From positions 12,546-76,545 of the forward strand of contig NIVC01001903.1 in assembly GCA_002269645.1 (NCBI GenBank): a DNA stretch of 64,000 bases, read 5' to 3'. Each line of letters opens with the position of its first letter. Positions within the stretch are counted from its first letter, which is position 1. Source of the stretch: Macrostomum lignano (taxonomy: Eukaryota). The notes beneath the pieces are model-generated. The model was not told where the DNA came from and made no database searches. It worked only from the letters and a program-made list of their open reading frames with translations. The position numbers and the translations under genes are program-made. Below are positions 23,061 through 36,427 of the stretch, piece after piece.

Positions 23061-24329
23061 CAGCAGCAGCAGCAGCAGCTTCTGGCTGTCCTACCTGCTG
23101 GTGGCTGGTGAAGACTTTACTAATCTGATGCACGGCCTGGAATGACAGCCTTTGGATGGTGAGCTGAAATTTCTGGACTGTGGCGCAACCCACTGGGACA
23201 ACCCAGTCCTAGGAGGGACACTGGCCCCTCCTACCCAGTTCCCAGTCACCTACATGTACACAAACGAGACCTTCATTATGCCGTTCTTCCTGACGCCGCT
23301 GAGTCTAAAGTTTCACTTCGTCGACGCATCAGAAGAAACAACTGTTGACTCCGTGCTAGTCTGTCCCAAATGGTTGGATGGTGTCATTGCACAGCTGCTG
23401 GTACCTGGTGGAAATCCGAGTTACCTGGACCGCTGCCAGCCAGTTCTGCTCCGAGCACACCTGGGGCGGCGTCAGGGGCCGCCTGTTGGACGCCAAGGCT
23501 GCCGTGGAACGCAGCTTCATCACGCCACCTTGAATGCAAAATGAACCAGAGTGTGAACAAAACCCCCGAAAGCTTGGCTCAGTAACGATCCAGTTATTCT
23601 AGTCTAGTATATCAGGGATATTTTGGGAAGTTCAATAAAAAGTCTATAATCGAATTGATAGCAGATCAATAGGGATCTGAATATGAGCTATTATAAATGG
23701 ATATGATGTAATTATGCCTGGTTTCCCAATCCAGGTACTCGTGTTGGGGCTCTTGGACAAAGGAATTCTAAGAGTTATTTATTTCTTTAGAAGTGCAAAA
23801 ATCTTGTATTGAGAGAAAGTAAAAATGGCCTGCATAGGAAAAAATCGAAAGTTACTTACAAAAAATTAAGTGATTCCGTTTTTTATTCCTTTTATTTTCA
23901 ACCAATTCGTTTTATTTTGAAGCTAAAATTAGAAATCATATAAATTATGACAGCTACCCGCATAGCTATGGAGAGGAGATTTATAAAAAATCGCTGAAAT
24001 GCAATACAATCCTGCTAAATTAGTCACACCATGGAAATTTTAACATATTAAGTTTCACTGACGAGTCGTAAATGCACTTTGAAAGTTAAATCTCTCCAAA
24101 GATTTCTTTGGTTGTTAGACTGATGCAGACTGCAGTGGAGCTGGAGATACACAAATTCCTTTCAGGGCTGCAAATTGGCAAGAAAGATGACATGATCAAA
24201 GCATGAGAACAGCCATGAGAGTACTACATACCCACAAACTGCAGCTTTCGAAGCAGGGATCGGTAGACTGTTACCTCAAAGGCCAGAAAAGAATCCAGCT
24301 CATGGATGCGGGCCAGATGAGAGTGGAAA

Positions 24330-24760
24330 GGAGAGGGAATAGATGATAATAAAAGAGAGAATCGAGAGGCGAGAGAGGTGATGTGAGAAAATATAGAAGA
24401 TGAAAGGGGAGAAAAGGGGAGTGAGGAGAGAGGGGAGAGAGAAGCGAGAGGACAGGAGAAAGAGGAGACACAAAGGTAAAAATAGAAGTGAAGTGAGGAG
24501 AGAGGAGAGAAGAGGGGAGAGAGAATCGAGAGGACAGGGGAGAGAGGGGGAAGGGAGAGGGAGGAGAGAGGAGAGGACCGGGAGAGAGAAGAGAGGAGAG
24601 AAGAGAGGAGAGAGAAAAGGGGAGAGAGTAGACAGGAGAAGAGAGGAGAGAAGAGAGCGAAGAGAGATGAAAGGAGAGAAAAGGGGAGAGAAGAGAGGAA
24701 GAAAGGAAAGAGGAGAAAAAAGAGAGGTGAGAGAAAAGAGTTGAGATAAGAGGGGAGAGG
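24330..24760. repeat. Purine-rich (GA/GAGAG) low-complexity tract
   Basis: Direct reading. Confidence 0.85.
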
Positions 24761-25712
24761 AGATTGCCAGCTGATTGGGGGGGGGGATGGGCAGCAATCT
24801 CTATCACTTCACCATTTTACTTAAGAGTTACAAATTAATCCCATCTCCTTACTTAAAAATATATTCAGTTAGATTACTGTCCTGATGCTGTAAGTGTTTG
24901 CATAGTCTTAGATTCTATTTTTTCTATTCTAGTCAAAAATATACTTTTTAAAACAAATTTTCTCTCAGTTTTGTTTACATGTATCAATCCTAACTAATAG
25001 CAAGTTTTTGTTTGATTATGATTTCAGATTGAAGAATGCATCGAAAAATATTTCCAGGGAATATAGCGGGTTCAAAATCCGCGGGTTTCAACAGCCTGTA
25101 ACTATACTATAACTATTGTACGATGCCAAGTTATTGATGTATAGATACTACAGTGGTGGTCCTTGCTTTAAATTCCGTAGAGGACCTTTGGACTGCATAT
25201 ACAGAATTTTATGTACCATGACTACATGTTTTAAGGTGTTCATTACGTTTAGTTATGATAAAAACACAGTACAGCTCGATATAAAAACTTCAAGAATTAC
25301 ATGTGACGGTACATGTGTATGCATCAAATAAGAGCTTTCGAAGCGCTGCATGAGATGGATCACCTTATGTTGTACTAGTACATACACATGTACATTTAAC
25401 ATTTACATGTGGATACAGATATCTATATATTAATTTGGAAAGCACATAAATAATCAAAAAAGATTCATTTTACATATAACAGTATAATTATAAGATGTAT
25501 CGACGATATACTTGTAAAGTATTCACTAGAGCCACAACTATTTATCAATTATAACTAGCCAAGCTATGAATAGCGTTTTTATAATTAAGTCGGAATTTAC
25601 TTTCTAAAAGTGCACATGCTACAGCTGGTAAATTTAGTACTGTATATCTGAATAAAAACTAAAGCGCTGAAAATATACGCGTAAAATATAGCTTTGACTG
25701 CTCGACCAATCA

Positions 25713-28700
25713 TTACACGGGACACTTGTAAACATTGAAGCAGTGATTTCCTGTGTCAACAACCCCACCAATTGGTTGGCTTTGGTGCAGTAAGCCAGGC
25801 CTTGAGGCCCATACAGCTGGTCTCCGGCTGTGTTCACTGAGGCCAAGAAGCTGCCTTCGCTGTTGAACACCTGCGGGTCAGTGAAAAGTCGCATTTATTT
25901 TATTTATTTTTAAATTGCCATTAAGCTACAGTACTAGTGGCAAGGCTATTGAAATCTGCTCAGATGTCAGTGGTTCATATGAGGAAGTTCTCCAGACTGC
26001 TAGGTTTGAGGGGCCTAATTTCTTAGATGCCAAAGCTTCATGATAAACTGCTCAGATGAAATGCCAAAGCTTCATGGTAAACTGCTCAGATGAAATGCCA
26101 AAGCTTCATGGTAAACTGCTCAGATGAGATGCCAAAGCTTCATGATAAACTGCTCAGATGAAATGCCAAAGCTTCATGGTAAACTGCTCAGATGAGATGC
26201 CAAAGCTTAATGGTAAACTGCTCAGATGAGATGCCAAAGCTTCATGGTAAACTGCTCAGATGAGATGCCAAAGCTTCATGGTAAACTGCTCAGATGAGAT
26301 GCCAAAGCTTCATGGTAAAGTGCTCAGATGAGATGCCAAAGCTTCATGGTAAACTGCTCAGATGAGATGCCAAAGCTTCATGGTAAACTGCTCAGATGAG
26401 ATGCCAAAGCTTAATGGTAAACTGCTCAGATGAGATGCCAAAGCTTCATGGTAAAGTGCTCAGATATTCTACAATACTTGATGCTGAACTGCTCAGATGC
26501 TAAGAATTGATGTTAAAGCAAGGCACGTGTAGGAGGTTCTCCTACGAGCAATAAAAACGTAATACGACTTTTTGGTAGTGAAAGTCTTACTGCAATGCTT
26601 GAACTTCATGCTCCCCAAAGGAGCTATAGTGTGCTAGGGTAAACTCATTCAACCTCTATAGCCTCTATTACAGCAAATTTACCTGGATAGACGAGCTGCC
26701 CCAGTCCGCCACCATGATGTTGTCCTGCAGGTCCACAGCCACCCCAGTCGGTGCGTTCAACCTGCCGGCCTCGCTGCCCGCGCAGCCGATGCAAAACTGA
26801 AATTGGCCCTGACTATCGAAAATCTTTACGCAATGATTGTGAAAATCCGACACAATCATCTGGTCCTTGGAGTTGACGGCGACGTAGTGCGGACCAGCGA
26901 ATTGGTCGTCGCCGGTGCCGCGGCTGCCGAACTTGTGCACCAGCTTGCCGGTGTGCTTGAACAGCAGCACGCTGCAGGCTTTGTTGTCGACAACGGCAAT
27001 GCGACCGTCGGACAGCACCGCGATGCCTTTTGGGCCCGCGAGCCGGTTGCCGCCAAACTTTGACAGGTATTTACCGTCCGGACTGAACACGTGGATGCAG
27101 CGACTGTCGAAGTCGCTAACCAAGTAACTGCCCGTAGCTGTCTCGGCCACGCCAATCGGCCTCTGAACCTGGCCGGGGTCGCGGCCGCGCAAGCCGAAAC
27201 GGGCAAGAAATTCCCCTCCAGAGCCGAACACCTGCACGTTGGCGTTGTTTGAATCGGCAACGACTATGCGACCCTCTCGTGTGACGCACAGGCCCTGCGG
27301 ATTGTTGAACTCTCCGTGGCCGCGACCGCGACTGCCAACCTTCTGCACCATGTCGTCTTCAACCTGGAGTTTTGAGATGAGTATTGGCTTAACTCATTCG
27401 ACAAGACAATGCCTAATGTTTTTTAATCGTCACTTGTCGAATTTACATGTAGTAAATGACAATCATCACTGACAAACATCATCATCACTGACAATGACAA
27501 ACATTAGACAATCATCACCTAGAGCACTCTCTTTAATATCAAGCAACAATCATCAGCACATTGAGCACTCTCCTCAGCATCAAGCAACAATCATCACCTT
27601 GAGCACTCTCCTCAACATCGAGCAACAATCATCACCTTGAGCACTCTCTTTAGTATCAAGCAACAATTGATGAGGACGCACTTTTTTCCAAACTTCACGC
27701 TCGCACATGGGCTCTAAACTTACTAGCCTACTAACAACAGGCTATGGGAATTTTTTCTTTTCTTTATGTAATTTTTCTAGAATTCATACTAGTTATTACT
27801 TGTCGTTATAATAACATAGGTGCGGCTTTTGGGTCATAAATCATTGCTTTCGAACTGGCCTGACAGCCACCTGCGCCTCACTCAATTGAGATTGGCGCCA
27901 GATGGTCTGAGAGGATGCGGGCAGTAGCTTTTTTCTCATCATTTTTACAGGCCATCAAGATTTATGAGGTCAGGGCCAGTTGTTCGTGTTTACTCAAGCG
28001 TGTGACAGCTTTGACAGCTATGCGTTTTACCCCTAAAAGTTCTTTGGGATTAGCGATTAGCGATTTCTCTTCATTATCTTCACTTTCTACTTAATAAGAG
28101 CTTTCTAATGTATATTTTTTCATTAATTTTTGTCATTCCTACGTGAAAGGTCATAAATCATTATGTAGCGATTTTGAGTGATTTATGACCGCACCTGTCG
28201 TATTTTTATGGCCCCGAGGGAACTGATAGGATCTTCTAGTCACGTGAGTTTGGGTGGCGACAAGCTCAGCCAATCAGAAAATTTGACGTGCGTTATAACA
28301 AATCGGCTCAGCCAATCAGCGTCGAGGTGTTCCATTATAACAAATTGCGGTCCAGTTGGCGGCTATTTAAACCGGTGTTTTTGGCCCGCTCGGACTCAAC
28401 CTACTGCTCCGCCTCCTGGGACTTTGGCCTAACTTAGACCTCCCGGAGCTCGACCGTCGTCTCTTGATCCCCGGATCGCGACTCCCCCCATCATCATCAA
28501 GGACGAATCCCCCCGGCCGTCAGCAGCGAACATCAAGATTAAGAACATCACCTGCTAGCTACCTGCGAAGGTTGTGACATCAGCATCATCCCAGGCCTAC
28601 AGCTGCGAAGCACTAAGCCGATTAGGTCCCTGTGGATTACCTGGTCTCGGGCTGTTGAGTTTCTGATTGGTTGGGTGAGAGGCTACCTAGACTTTCTTGA

Positions 28701-31700
28701 TTGGGTGATCCCTTATTTGTCTCCTATTTCAGTAGCTGGATTAGGCGCACACTTTTGCTCATTTTTTCAGCAGTGCTGTTTTTGAGGCAGAAATCATTCA
28801 ATAATACTGTTAGTAGTCCGAAACTCCATTCAATCTGAAGTGTGAAGTGATTTAAGGAGAAGGTTAAATCTGACAGTTATTTTTATCGGTTTTATTTCTT
28901 TGTTCGCCGATGGCTCAGATGAGTAGCTAAGCTAGTAGGCGCCGGTCACAGTGGACCAATGGCAAGTCAGTCCTCAGTCGATCAATCTATCAAATCAGTT
29001 AGCAAAATTGCCAATAGTGCAGAATCGGCGCCAGAGATGTACTCTGTGCACCCTAGATTCGCCAAGCGGCTCGGGTAATGAATCATGCGGTCTCTGGAGT
29101 TTGAGTTAGTCTATCATCAGCGCTACGAGAGGCTGGTTGGCCCGTTGAAGGCCAAAAGTACAATTCTTCGTATTTAGCAATGTAATAGTACATGTAGCTA
29201 CCCAATAGTCTCGCCACTGCAAGAATCGCCTGCACAAGTCCCCTCTGTACCTGCATGGCCAATGCGATCTAGTCCCAGCAGTGTCCCTTATCATCAGCTA
29301 TGACTTCGAGATCGACAGCAAAAAGACACTAGTTGGCAGGTAAGTGCAAAGCCCCTTCTAGTCGGAAGCCCGATTTCGAGAGTTCCGGTGTGGTGAGCCA
29401 GGACGTACGGGCTGGTGGCAGCGAGTTAGCTTAGTCTGCGGATTAGCTAATTTCTACCTTCAAAATTCTCCCTACTTGTCTCTCGCTGTCCCTCTCTTAG
29501 CTATAGGACCTAGACAGCTCGCCACAAGATCAAGCTACCATGGGGCTGACCATCTGACAGGAGTGGGGGGGCCAGGTCTCTAAGTGATTTGTTTCTGAGA
29601 CCTGAGGCCCGAAGGCTTCCCCACAAGGGGGCCGAAAGGTCGAAACCTATCACAATCATCATCACCTTGAGCACTCTCCTGAACATCAAGCAACAATCAT
29701 CACCTTGAGCACTCTCCTGAACATCAAGCAACAATCATCACCTTGAGCACTCTCCTCAAAATCGAGCAACAATCATCACTTTGAGCGCACTCCTCAATCT
29801 TCGTGCACATTGGTTATCTTGTAAGTACTTTAAGAAAAACCGATAGTCATTAAAAACAACTTAAGACTCGACAGGTCAGAAAGAAATAACGAAGCAATCA
29901 AGCTCTCACCTGAAGACTCTGCCGCGATGTTCGACTCAATGGTCGCCTATTGGTGCTGCTAAGTTTAGACGAAGACGCGGTGCCAGCGCCGGAACCGCCG
30001 CCGCCGGAGCCACCGCCGCCAACAGCTATCGAAGGAGGCATGAGGCGACCGGTGCCGCCACGTTCTCCTGGTCGGAGGGAGCTTCGTCTCCTGCCCGCAG
30101 CTCCGCCGCCAGAGCTTGCGTAGTGACCAGAGCCGCCGCCGCCACCGCTGGCTCCTCCGTCGGTTCGACTGACCGCCCGTACGGTGAATGGCGAGCCGCG
30201 AATGTGCTCGCCCAGCATCTTCACGCTCAGCTCAAAGTTGCCCTCCTCTTCTAGCTGGAAGCGCACCTTCACCGTGTTTCTATCCTGCATGACGGCGACA
30301 AAGTGGGATTTTTCAAACGGCGAGGCGAGGCTGGCGACGCAATTTAGCGAGCCGAGGATGCTGGGATCCACTTTGTGGTTGCGATAGTCGCGCGGCACCA
30401 CCGTCACCTGGTGCTCCTCGCGGATGGAGCACGACCGCAGATCGTGCTCGTTTTCCAACGTCGAGTTCGAGGCCTCGACGCTGCCCATGGCAACTAGGCC
30501 GGCTCGATGAATATGGCTGAACACCTGACCAGGAGGGGAGAAGAAAGACGTCAGGTCTCCGAAGCTCCGAACCCATAAGCTCCAAGTTCCACCCTTCTGC
30601 GATTACGTACATATAAGAGCTCTGAGCTAGAAATACAGATTAGTAGCACTGATATTGAAACTAGGGGCAGAGCAGCGCGTCGGTAAACGCGTCTCACTCT
30701 TGCGGCGTGACTCCTAGTTAGTTTCTGATCGCAGCCACACTTAATTCCGGGGCTTGTCGTGCGACTCAAACCGCCGATGAGGGTCAATCCACACTGTGTA
30801 CGAGTACTCTGACTATGAGAAATCACACCACGAAATATAGTGCACCACATTGTTTTTTTGTCATTCTCCGTCCGGAGGCAGGAAAAAATCGTCAGTTTTT
30901 TTAAGGGGTTTTTGCAAGATCTGGCTTCCTACATGCACACTGCAATAAACTCTAGGAGCTAGATTTTCGAGTCCCTGGGGTGCAAATTGCCAAATCTCAT
31001 TGGGGGAATCTCGTCGGAAGAATCTCGTCGGGAAAATATCTTCCCGGGAATCTCGTCGGAAGAATCTCGTCGGGAAAATATCTTCCCGGGAATCTCGTCG
31101 GAAGAATCTCGTCGGGAAAATATCTTCCCGGGAATCTCGTCGGAAGAATCTCGTCGGGAAAATATCTTCCCGGAATCTCGTCGGAAGAATCTCGTCGGGA
31201 AAATATCTTCCCGGGAATCTCATCGGAAGAATCTCGTCGGGAAAATATCTTCCCGGGAATCTCATCGGAAGAATCTCGTCGGGAAAATATCTTCCCGGGA
31301 ATCTCATCGGAAGAATCTCGTCGGGAAAATATCTTCCCGGGAATCTCATCGGAAGAATCTCGTCGGGAGAATCTCGTCGGGGAATCTCGTCAGGAAGAAT
31401 CTCACCTGGTCCAAATCGGTTGGATAGTACGAGATCGAGTCGTCCTCGCTCGGATATGCTTTCGGCTTATTCTTTGCTAGCTTGGCGTAGCCTCGAAGTT
31501 CCGCCCGGCCCGTCTTTGGATCCAACCGGCCGTTCATGCCGTCCAGACGCTTCAGCGCGGCCGTCATCTCGTCATCGAAGCCGGCAATCTGAGCTGCCTC
31601 TTTGTGCGCCGCTTCCGTTCGCGCTGTCAACAGTTCGTCCAGAGTCTCGCCTAATCGAGCTTTCCTCGTCCTCAGCACCCGTTCGATCATTTGGAAGCTG

Positions 31701-31954
31701 CGCTCGATTTGATCCAACACTTCGCGGCGTTGAACCTCGGCTGCGGCGCGGATTCTGTCGAGCGCGTCGCGACGATTCCGCAGCGCCTCTAGCGAGTCGG
31801 CCAGGGCGGCGCGCGACTCAGCGATGGCTTCAGCGTCGCCGCCAGTAGCTTCAGACGCCGTGGCATCGTCGGTGCAGGAGCCGGCGACGCTGCTGGTGGT
31901 CTCTTCGAAGCTCGGCTGACTCGTCAAGTCGTCGTGCGTCTGGTCGTGTTCCAT
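25713..31954 (-). CDS. TRIM2/TRIM3-like protein: coiled coil, filamin repeat, six NHL repeats. Exons 31954-31406, 30524-29910, 27363-26683, 25870-25713 (about 667 aa); no RING or B-box seen
   Basis: NHL motifs NAPTGVAVDLQDNIMVADWG and LYGPQGLA; filamin LSVKMLGEHIRGSPFTVRA; all introns GT-AG phase 0; the last exon needs one extra G at 25763-25766 to read VVDTGNHCFNVYK. Confidence 0.88.
26025..26470. repeat. 34-bp minisatellite in TRIM intron
   Basis: Unit AAACTGCTCAGATGAGATGCCAAAGCTTCATGGT. Confidence 0.95.
27505..29790. repeat. 38-bp minisatellite (27505-27667 and 29653-29790) split by an LTR insertion
   Basis: Unit CAACAATCATCACCTTGAGCACTCTCCTGAACATCAAG on both sides of the insertion. Confidence 0.9.
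27668..29652 (+). mobile_element. Long solo-LTR-like insertion (1985 bp)
   Basis: TGATGAGG...CCTATCA inverted ends; 4-bp TSD CAAT; two CTCAGCCAATCAG boxes (28265, 28307) and TATTTAAA (28364); no coding potential. Confidence 0.75.
31005..31400. repeat. 42-bp minisatellite built from subunits related to the foldback TIR of 35514-36427
   Basis: Unit GAATCTCGTCGGAAGAATCTCGTCGGGAAAATATCTTCCCGG; compare GGGAAAATCTCGGCGG in the foldback arms. Confidence 0.9.
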
Positions 31955-32974
31955 GTTGACCTCCGGAGACGGCTGCTTGCGAGTAGAGCTGATTGTCAGG
32001 GAGGCGAGCACAGCTGCTAGGATTGGCTGCGGTTCTGACCTACTCTATGGAACACGTATCTATAGACTGTCCGGAGATCTCAGTTGATTGTCTCTAGATT
32101 CTTATCTATACATATAGCTGTGTCTAATAAACTGTCTTTAGAGATTCAAGCTATCTGTATGCCCTGTAGGCTGTCTCTAGATACATGTATGCCTATAGAA
32201 TGCCTCTAGATATGTCAGCGGACTGACTGGCTTACGTAGTTCAGAGAAAACGGCACAGTGTTGGCTACAATAAACTCTCCCTGTCTCTCCAGGCTTGCAT
32301 AAACAGGAAGTTAAAAGCAAGAGACTAACTTTGTAACCGGCAAGTTAGCTTAACGCTAGATATTTAGTTCAACAGATTAAACACACACAAAGTTTCTAAA
32401 AGTAAAGCAAGTTTAACTGATTAGACTTACAATATGAGCAATACTGTAGAGAATAGCTGAGAAGATATTCAAAGAAACAAACTCAACCTTGATTTCTACC
32501 GGTAAGAAAGTTTTTAGTCTTACTATTATTAATGCCTTCTCACGCCTCTCGGTCAGTTTGAATCCCCGTTTCCTTATTGGTTGTCGTCAAAGTTTATTGC
32601 GAACTGAGTTGGCCGTGACTTCTTTCGGCTAAGCCGGCTTTGAGGGCTCCAGATGTTTGAGCTATGCTCAACAATATTCTGTGCATGTAGTTTGTAAGCA
32701 TGGCTTGCCTAATTGCGCTTTTCTGCTTTGGAAAAGGAAGAGAGAAATTTACTTATTTTTGGTTTCCAGTGGCACTATAAAGTAAATATACTGCATATGC
32801 CTGTGTTGCTCTCGATCCCCTCAGTTTCATTTTTGGCTATAAAAATGTTATGACACCGTCTTTTCAAACATGTAACAATCGAAAATACGCAATGAACGTG
32901 CAAAAAATTAATTAAATGTACGATAAGTACCATGTATATATATTTGCAGTTGAGATTTACAGGTTGTCTTTGAG

Positions 32975-33460
32975 ATGGATAGACTGTCCTTGAGGTGGTT
33001 AGACTGTCCTTGGGGTGGTTAGACTGTCCTTGATGTGGATAGACTGTCCTTGGAGTGCTTAGACTGTCCTTGATGTGGATAGACTGTCCTTGATGTGGAT
33101 AGACTGTCCTTGATGTGGATAGACTGTCCTTGATGTGGTTAGACTGTCCTTGATGTGGATAGACTGTCCTTGATGTGGATAGACTGTCCTTGATGTGGAT
33201 AGACTGCCCTTGATGTGGATAGACTGTCCTTGATGTGGTTAGACTGTCCTTGATGTGGATAGACTGTCCTTGATGTGGATAGACTGTCCTTGATGTGGAT
33301 AGACTGTCCTTGGGGTGGTTAGACTGTCCTTGATGTGGATAGACTGTCCTTGATGTGGATAGACTGTCCTTGGGGTGGTTAGACTGCCCTTGATGTGGAT
33401 AGACTGTCCTTGATGTGGATAGACTGTCCTTGGGGTGGTTAGACTGCCCTTGATGTGGAC
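32975..33460. repeat. 20-bp minisatellite
   Basis: Unit AGACTGTCCTTGATGTGGAT. Confidence 0.95.
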
Positions 33461-34159
33461 ATGCTTGTCTTTAAGTGCTAGACACTCTTAAGGCCTAGGT
33501 GGACACACACATTGTTTTAGAAGTTCAGGGCACAGGACACACTTTCTTAGAGCCAAGCGGACATACTTGTACATGTACTGTACTAGCATAGAAGTGGATA
33601 TTATATAGTGGATAGCCTATCTGGTGGGTACAAAGTCAACTTGCCCTTTGTCTCATCGTATCCAGAATTGCTTAGATAATAAAAAATTCCTAGGTTCCGC
33701 AAAAGGAATTATGCTAATTTGATGCTAGCGTAAAACTGCAGTCAATTCTGAATTGCTTTTCAAAGCAGACTGCAGAGTTGCCGCGCACGTGAAACTGTTT
33801 TCAATTTTGTGACGCAAATTCGTATGGATGAGTACCGCGCGCACCCGGATTTTGACAGCGCGTGACTTGCATGACAAAAATCCAATGCTATATTAATTCG
33901 TGAACTTTGAGTCGGCTTTATATATATACTTTTATATACATGTAATTTTATCGAATAAAGAATTTGTTGTGTGCATGCACAGTACACATGGGCGTCGCCA
34001 CGGATTTTATGGTGGGGGGACAAAGCAAAGAATTTATTTTGTGCATGCACATGACTATTAAAGTCATACATGTACTTATTTTATGAATCGGTTTTGTCCG
34101 CGCTCATTTTAGCGCCGCCGGCACTCATTTTGGTGTCACAGGTGCTATATTTTTAGCGC

Positions 34160-35085
34160 CTTGATACAAAATTATTGCTTTCCACAACGGGTCAAAACTA
34201 AGGTTGAGTGGGGGAAAGCAGTCATGTCCCCTGGCAAGGGTGATCTCGCTCCTCTCAACCATGCAGCCAGCTTGATGTGGATCTGGATCGAGCAAATGAC
34301 TTGTCGCCACTGTTTTGTGCTCCACCCCATTTGCCTTGCTCCCCATTTCTGTGTAATGCTGTTGAAGTTTTTGTTTGTCTCGGTGTTTTCTCGACCGGTG
34401 TCGTCTTGAGGTGGCTTGACAGGTTTTCCATAATCCAACCGCTGCCACCAATGTTGTACCTGTGGTTGTCAGGTTGTGCTACCACAGAGATCTTGGGTTG
34501 TCTCAGGCTCTCTCTCTTGCTAGGAGCCTACTTATCAGTAGCGTTGGTAGTTGCTGCCACCAGTCCCTTCGGGTCTCAGCCTTCGGTGAGGTGAGGATCC
34601 CGTCGGAACGAAATAACAAAGACGAGCGAACACTCGTCTGGGAGAACGGTGCTACGCTCTCCCATGCTCTGAATAATTCATCCATGGCGAGACCCCGATT
34701 TCGTCGACGTCAGATTGCATGACGCTATTGGTATTTTTAGCAACTGACGCTAGGGTCTTGCTTTAGAGAAAGCAAGGGTCCCGGAGCGCGTGATTTCTGC
34801 CATAAACACGGACCTATTGTGCAGTGAAGAACTCACTGCACTCTGGACTTCCGAGAAAACAGAGCTTGTCATGTGACTGGCTCACATGACAAGAGGAAAG
34901 CGGCCCACAGTGAAGCCACTACATGTAGTGACTGCTACACAGAGAGTGAACCAAGAGCAGGTCAAGTCGCCCAGCCCTGCAAAAAGGAGCATCGTCGCGG
35001 GGCGGCTCAGAGCGAGGGCGAGGGAAACTGCTGACTAGAGTGAGAGACGTAATTGCCAATGCAGTAATCCTAGTGGCTCACTACA
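34160..35085 (-). mobile_element. Truncated LTR element related to the 1-4636 Gypsy: 5' LTR 34452-35085, PBS 34433-34450, about 270 bp of internal sequence
   Basis: Shared blocks CAGTAGCGT.GGTAG.TGCTGCCACCAGT, GTCATGTGACT.GCTCACATGACA and terminal CTAG.GG.TCACTACA; PBS TGGTGGCAGCGGTTGGAT (tRNA-Leu-like). Left boundary approximate. Confidence 0.8.
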
Positions 35086-35513
35086 CTATATAATAACTTC
35101 AAGACGGACAAATAACCATTCTCTTGTGAGCCTCTAAAGTACTGTATTTATAAAGTAAGCTCGTTGCACTCGTATAGTGCATCCAAGTATACATGTAAAT
35201 AAATTACTATAATTCTATCACTTTGAATCTGGGCATCCATAGGACACGCGCGTGCATAACCCATGCCATTATGGCTGAGCTATATGCAAGTTTCCTTACC
35301 GGATAAAATGTAGATGCGTAACAACTAAAATGTATATACTCTCGAATCATCGATGAGCACACAGTTATATTTTTTTAGGCTGAGTCGCATTTTAGCGAGT
35401 GCCGACTCAGTGCAGATACTACATGTACTTAAAGGGGCATTAGACGGTCTAATCTGGGGGGGGGGGAACTTGAAGGCTTGCATATTTATCATTTTTGTGT
35501 TCTTCTATTCTAT

Positions 35514-36427
<914 letters not shown>

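Noticed and set aside
24058-24090. CTGACGAG...GAAA hammerhead-ribozyme-like core
   Set aside because: Intervening bases cannot form stem II; no stems I or III evident
30861-31848. Repetitive ORFs (GRISSGKYLP, RRENIFPG)
   Set aside because: 42-bp intronic minisatellite plus the antisense of the TRIM exon
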